Positions 59,724-64,000 of a stretch of DNA of 64,000 bases are shown here, one piece after another. Numbering within the stretch: the first letter of the stretch is position 1; every line of letters starts with the position of its first letter. This stretch comes from Pseudomonadota bacterium (GTDB taxonomy: Bacteria; Pseudomonadota; Alphaproteobacteria; Sphingomonadales; Sphingomonadaceae). A program made the position numbers and the translations under genes. The stretch is taken from contig JAEZCZ010000120.1 in the NCBI GenBank assembly GCA_023433305.1, positions 8,136 to 72,135 on the forward strand, in the 5' to 3' direction. Below the pieces are notes generated by a model. It had not been told where the DNA came from, did no database searches, and worked only from the letters and a program-made list of their open reading frames with translations.

Positions 59724-60055
59724 GCCGTCAGGGCCTCACGCTCGGCGACAAGCGCCGGCTTTTCGCTGAGGAACAGGCGGATGTGGTCGAGCACCGCAGG
59801 CTGAAGTAGCCGGTCGAAACGCACGCCGTGCACGTCCCCGACACGCCACCGCACTTTCGCATCCACTACGCCCGCGCGTCCGAACGAAAGGCTCACCAGG
59901 GTTCTCATTCGGAGACGCCGGTCCGGCGAGACGAAGCGGCAACCAGCCGCCGAGAGATTGGTTACGCTCACCGGCTGATGGCTGTCGGAACCGTCGCGAA
60001 CGCTGGCTTCGACCGCAATATTGTATCGTGGCTCTCGCTGAACTTCGCTCGCCAT
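59720..60055 (-). CDS. PilZ domain-containing protein
   Basis: Trimmed to MASEVQREPRYNI. NLSAAGCRF matches the (D/N)xSxxG motif. The upstream RxxxR motif is degenerate (QREPR), so c-di-GMP binding is uncertain. Confidence 0.65.
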   Translation of the reverse strand: MASEVQREPRYNIAVEASVRDGSDSHQPVSVTNLSAAGCRFVSPDRRLRMRTLVSLSFGRAGVVDAKVRWRVGDVHGVRFDRLLQPAVLDHIRLFLSEKPALVAEREALTA

Positions 60056-60104
60056 TTCCCATCCCAAAACCACGTAACGATCCCTAGCCAATGGCGGAAA
60101 TTCG

Positions 60105-62021
60105 TTAATCTTGCGTGATGGGCGCGCTACACGACCGAACGGCGCCGCTCTTTTCGCAGTACCAAGCAGCCAGAACATCAAAGGCCAGCTTGCGCTCTCC
60201 CACTTCGTTCACCAGGCCCTTCCGGTTCCAACCGTCCTGAATTCCGCCCAACTGCCGCCGCGGCGAGCGGAAATCCTTGAGGATCCACGGCGACATGCCG
60301 GCCAGCGTGGGAATTCGCCCCGCCATGGCCAGGGTGTGCCGGTAGTAGTCCGCCTGGTATTCCTCAGAGAACTTGCGCGGCGCAGAGCCCGGCTCGCGCT
60401 GGCCCAACTTCGCATCAGCGCCAAACTCGGACAGGATGAGCGGTCGGTCGGCCGGCAGCCGCCATTCGAAACGCGCGAGGTCCTCGGGCCGATCAGGTCC
60501 GTACCAGCCGTTATAGGTATTGATGGCGAGGACATCGACTTCGCTCGCCAGCGGGTCGGCCAGCTCGAGAACGGGATGGCCTTCGCCCTCGTCGCGCTCG
60601 GTCAGCAGCGCGGCGGTGACGAGCCGATGCGGGTCGAGCGCGCGGACATCTGCGACAAGGCGCGCGATGAAAGCGTTGCGCGCGTCGGTCACCGGGGTTT
60701 CGTTGCCAACGCTCCAAAGCGCCACCGCCGCGCGATTGCGATCGCGCAGGATATTCTCCGCCAGCATGCGCCGCGCGGTCGCGAGCGTTTCCGGCTCACC
60801 CCAGGCGATCCGCCAGTAGACCGGCACCTCGCTCCAGACGATCAGGCCGATCTCGTCGGCTGCGCGGACCATCGTCTCATCGTGCGGATAGTGCGCAAGC
60901 CGGACGAAATTGCCGTGCAGGCCGCCTTTCACCTGCGAGAGCAAGGCGCGCGCGGCTTTGGGCGTCATTCGCCGGGTCGGACTGGCTCCGAGCTCCTCCT
61001 CGTGCAGGCTGATTCCACGCAGAAACAGGGGCGCGCCGTTGAGCAGGATTCGCGCGCCGTCGACGGCGAGGGTGCGGAAGCCGACGCGGTCGCGCCAGGT
61101 GTCCTCGCCCGTGCGGACCGCCACGTCATAAAGTTGGGGCGTCGTGGGCGACCAACGGCGCAAATCCAGTGGGGCTGGCAAGACAAGGCGTGCGCGGCCT
61201 TCGGCATCGGTCGTTGTGTGATGGCGGATGCCCAGGTCCGCGATCGTTAGCTCGACCGTGGCGCCTCCGGCTTGCGGTCCATCGAGGGTCACATCGATGG
61301 CGATCCTCCCGTCGTCGGTCAACCGCACCCAGGCGTCATCGACGAAAGTCTTCGGAACCTCGATCAGCCTCACCGAGCGGGTGATGCCGCCATAAGTTTC
61401 CCAGTCGGTGACGGGCGGTGGCACGGTGCGGTCGCTGTGCGCCGAATCGACCCCGACGACCAACCGGTTGCCGGTTTCCCGCAATAGACCGGTCACCTCG
61501 AAAGCGAACGGAGTGAAGCCGCCCTCGTGGTGCCCGAGGCTTTCGCCGTTGAGCCAGGCTTCCGCCGCGTAGTTCGCCGCGCCGAAACGCACGAAATAGC
61601 GACGCCCGACACGTGGGGCAGCGTCAAAGCGGCGCTGGTACCAGACGAGTCCCTGATAATGCCGCATCTCCGGTGCATGGGTCAGCCAGCTCGCGGGCAG
61701 CGTGGCCTGGGGAGCGGTGTCCATGTCGTATTCGAACAAGGCGAGCGGATCGGCGTTGCGCGCTTCCTCCACATCGATGTCCTCCCAGCGTCGGTGACCT
61801 CGCCCCGCCGGCTCGCCGTGAAACCCGGCGACCCCGTCCCGATAGGGGTCGATCGACCAAGTCCAGGCGCCGTCGAGCGAGGTCGCAGCCCGCAAGTCGG
61901 CGGCAGCTAGCAACGGCCCTACGGGCAGCTCCTGCGCGGAAGCGGACGCGCCAGGCGACGCCAGCACGACGAGCGCCAGCGTGGCGACGCCCAGAACCCA
62001 GTTTCGCGCAGACTCGATCAT
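60105..62021 (-). CDS. glycoside hydrolase family 2 protein (secreted)
   Basis: Signal peptide MIESARNWVLGVATLALVVLASPGASASA. Sugar-binding region WYQRRF...NGESLGHHEGGFTPF. Acid/base motif WSVGNETP and nucleophile motif ILSEFGADA. Confidence 0.85.
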   Translation of the reverse strand: MIESARNWVLGVATLALVVLASPGASASAQELPVGPLLAAADLRAATSLDGAWTWSIDPYRDGVAGFHGEPAGRGHRRWEDIDVEEARNADPLALFEYDMDTAPQATLPASWLTHAPEMRHYQGLVWYQRRFDAAPRVGRRYFVRFGAANYAAEAWLNGESLGHHEGGFTPFAFEVTGLLRETGNRLVVGVDSAHSDRTVPPPVTDWETYGGITRSVRLIEVPKTFVDDAWVRLTDDGRIAIDVTLDGPQAGGATVELTIADLGIRHHTTTDAEGRARLVLPAPLDLRRWSPTTPQLYDVAVRTGEDTWRDRVGFRTLAVDGARILLNGAPLFLRGISLHEEELGASPTRRMTPKAARALLSQVKGGLHGNFVRLAHYPHDETMVRAADEIGLIVWSEVPVYWRIAWGEPETLATARRMLAENILRDRNRAAVALWSVGNETPVTDARNAFIARLVADVRALDPHRLVTAALLTERDEGEGHPVLELADPLASEVDVLAINTYNGWYGPDRPEDLARFEWRLPADRPLILSEFGADAKLGQREPGSAPRKFSEEYQADYYRHTLAMAGRIPTLAGMSPWILKDFRSPRRQLGGIQDGWNRKGLVNEVGERKLAFDVLAAWYCEKSGAVRSCSAPITQD

Positions 62022-62138
62022 CGCACCCCCTGGTCGACGCGGCATCATGGGCCCAATCTTCGGCTTACGGAAAGCGGTTTGTGAACCGGCATTCTCGGCG
62101 CGCTTTGCCTGACTCGCCCAATCGGCTAGCCGTAGCGC

Positions 62139-62399
62139 ATGGATTTCAACGATCTCCTGCAGCGCTACTTCGGAACCGTCGACTTGTCGGCTGCGTCTCC
62201 CGCGGTTCAGGAGGCGGGCCTTGACAAGTTGCGCGTGGATTTCGGGTTGGAGACCGACCCCGCACGACGGTTCGCCCTGTGGGCCGTGCTTTACATGTTG
62301 GGTCAGGCGCCCGACCTCGACGTAGCCTTCAGGGACGAGGCCGATCGGGATGCAGCGCGCAACCTGATGGATCTGCTTGCGGCATCCGGCGAAGAATAG
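62139..62399 (+). CDS. conserved-looking hypothetical protein
   Basis: 86 aa, acidic, with no signal peptide. Codon usage is similar to its neighbours. No family recognised. Confidence 0.5.
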   Translation: MDFNDLLQRYFGTVDLSAASPAVQEAGLDKLRVDFGLETDPARRFALWAVLYMLGQAPDLDVAFRDEADRDAARNLMDLLAASGEE

Positions 62400-62415
62400 T
62401 GATTTTCCTCAGCTG

Positions 62416-63561
62416 TCAATCAGCGGCCCGAAGACGGGCAAGGGCCGCTTTGCCTACGTCGTTCAGGAACGGACCGAGTTCCTCCCAAGGCACGGTGAAG
62501 GTGGCCCTGCACGGTCCGTAGGCATGCGGCACCACTGGCACGGCAAGCAGGCCGGCGCTGCTCAGGCCGAAACGCCATGACCAGGTATTCAACGCCTCCC
62601 GGCATTCCTCGAGGAACAGCTCCCGCTCGGCAGGGCCGTCGCCAGGCTCCCCATCGGAGGGGCCCATCTCGATGATGACCTCGACCAGCGGAGGAAGGAT
62701 GGTGAAGTATCCTTCATCGCCTTCGGAAGGCTGGTACTCTGCCCCGGCCTCGTTGAACCAGCCCGCGAGGTCGACCTCCTTGCCGGTACGCCTATCGAAA
62801 GTACGGTAGTAGAAGCCATGGCTCGGATGCGCGCCGCCGCAATAGATGTCGTAACTTTCGATTGTGGTGAGCCACGCGTCTGACACGAAGACCGGCTTTG
62901 ACGTCGTGCTGTAATTTCCGTCGACGCCGTGGACGGCAATGTTGTCTCCCATGCACTGCAGATAGGTGGCCTGATAGCTCCCGGTTGGCAGGCCTTTCGC
63001 CAGCTCGGCGAGAATCTCCCCATCGCCGGACTGCTCGGGCGCGAAGGTGAAGCTTTCGAGCCTGATCTCCTCGGCAAAATGTTTGGGCGGATGGTAGCTT
63101 TGCGCCGTGTAGCGCCAGCCGTCGAGCTCGGCAGGCTCCGACACGACCTCGCCGCCTGCGATACGCGGATTCAGGAAGGCATCCGAACTGCACGGGCCGC
63201 TGTATTCGCCCGCGGTCCATGCCACCGGCGTAAGGTCGAATGGCAGGTTCCGGCGGCCCTGGCGCCAGGTGCCGCGCAACCGATCGCCGGTCTGCTCGGC
63301 GAACTCCCACAAGGCCGAGGGCTGGTCGTCCGCAGATTTCTCAATCCACCCACCTTCGCCATCTTCCTCCGTGATCGCGATCGTCTCGAGCTGTGAGCGG
63401 TAATAATAGGCGCCGCTCGCTGGACCGCCTTCGGCGTCGATGCACAGCCGCACCGGGTAGGTGCCGATGCGGCCATCCCAAACACCTGCCCAGTCGGGCT
63501 TGTGCTGTGCTGCTGCCGGAGCGGCGAGAAATAGCGCCAATATCGCAGGGGCGACGCGCAT
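62416..63561 (-). CDS. secreted DUF3298 (RsiV/PdaC C-terminal-like) domain protein
   Basis: Trimmed to [19 protein letters not shown] (ATG overlaps the upstream stop as TGATG). YCGGAHPSHGFYYRTFDRRTGKEVDLAGWF matches the DUF3298 core. Confidence 0.7.
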   Translation of the reverse strand: MRVAPAILALFLAAPAAAQHKPDWAGVWDGRIGTYPVRLCIDAEGGPASGAYYYRSQLETIAITEEDGEGGWIEKSADDQPSALWEFAEQTGDRLRGTWRQGRRNLPFDLTPVAWTAGEYSGPCSSDAFLNPRIAGGEVVSEPAELDGWRYTAQSYHPPKHFAEEIRLESFTFAPEQSGDGEILAELAKGLPTGSYQATYLQCMGDNIAVHGVDGNYSTTSKPVFVSDAWLTTIESYDIYCGGAHPSHGFYYRTFDRRTGKEVDLAGWFNEAGAEYQPSEGDEGYFTILPPLVEVIIEMGPSDGEPGDGPAERELFLEECREALNTWSWRFGLSSAGLLAVPVVPHAYGPCRATFTVPWEELGPFLNDVGKAALARLRAAD

Positions 63562-63854
63562 CAGCCGGCGAGCTTGTCGATCGCGCGCGCCATCTTCGTG
63601 TCCCGCTCCGAAAGCCCGCCGGCGTCGTGCGTCGTCAACGTGATCGCCACCCGGTTGTAGACGTTCGACCACTCCGGGTGATGATCGTGCTTCTCGGCCA
63701 AGAGGGCCACGCGGTTCATGAAGGCCCAGGCCTCGCTGAAGGTTTTGAACCGGAATTCGCGCTCTATGGCGAGACCGTCGCCGCGCAAGGTCCATTCAGA
63801 GAGAGTACCAAGCGCCTCGTCGCGCTCGGCATTGGTGAGCTGCGGCACGGCCAT
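63561..63854 (-). CDS. phhB: 4a-hydroxytetrahydrobiopterin (pterin-4a-carbinolamine) dehydratase
   Basis: 97 aa. Contains [47 protein letters not shown]. Confidence 0.9.
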   Translation of the reverse strand: MAVPQLTNAERDEALGTLSEWTLRGDGLAIEREFRFKTFSEAWAFMNRVALLAEKHDHHPEWSNVYNRVAITLTTHDAGGLSERDTKMARAIDKLAG

Positions 63855-63907
63855 GGCAATTCTCCTCCGCTTGTCGCCCCCCCACTTGTGCCCTAACCGT
63901 CGCCGCC

Positions 63908-64000
63908 ATGGAACCCGCCCGCATCACCGCGACGGATCTCGCCTGCCGCCGCGGGGATCGGCTGCTGTTCCGAGGCCTCTCGTTTGCGCTGAACGCCGGT
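63908..64000 (+). CDS. ccmA: heme exporter ATP-binding protein CcmA, 5' end only
   Basis: [31 protein letters not shown]... has the typical CcmA N-terminus. The ORF runs off the 3' edge. Confidence 0.6.
   Translation, partial: MEPARITATDLACRRGDRLLFRGLSFALNAG

Overview
The window is a high-GC (about 65-67 percent) alphaproteobacterial chromosome segment. Gene content and gene order suggest Sphingomonadales, but that is an inference I could not check by any search. Nearly all of it looks like core genome.

Main content:
- Sulfur assimilation: cysH.
- An obg-proB operon, tRNA-Ala(CGC), and a ybjN-proC pair.
- A complete 16-gene dcw cell-division and cell-wall cluster on the minus strand: mraZ-rsmH-ftsL-ftsI-murE-murF-mraY-murD-ftsW-murG-murC-murB-ddl-ftsQ-ftsA-ftsZ, followed directly by a TPR+SPOR gene.
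- A cysteine-synthase-like gene, a ferredoxin and a glycosylase.
- An accessory respiratory block: a PQQ-type dehydrogenase, DUF2231, a Caa3-type CtaG, cytochrome b561, c-type cytochromes, and a caa3-like oxidase with fused subunits.
- Housekeeping genes: an EF-G paralogue, apaG-metZ, a GT39/GT2 pair, leuB, recO, ubiK, tspO, tlyA, ilvE, a GH2 hydrolase, phhB-like and ccmA.

I found no transposase, integrase, CRISPR array, rRNA gene, prophage or recognisable defence genes. I also see no convincing evidence for a novel multi-gene system.

The observations most worth a second look:
1. An orphan transcription unit of about 230 nt at 57.85-58.11 kb. It has a 15-nt perfect complement of the 16S rRNA 3' tail, an 18-codon micro-ORF and its own terminator.
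2. A low-GC islet carrying an orphan zinc-ribbon gene, next to an EF-G paralogue that lacks the catalytic His.
3. The dehydrogenase/cytochrome/caa3 module, which has an opposite-strand diheme cytochrome gene overlapping cytochrome b561 tail-to-tail by 185 nt.
4. Several AT-rich perfect palindromes in promoter regions.

All functional calls come from motif recognition by eye. Start codons are my best choices and several are uncertain.
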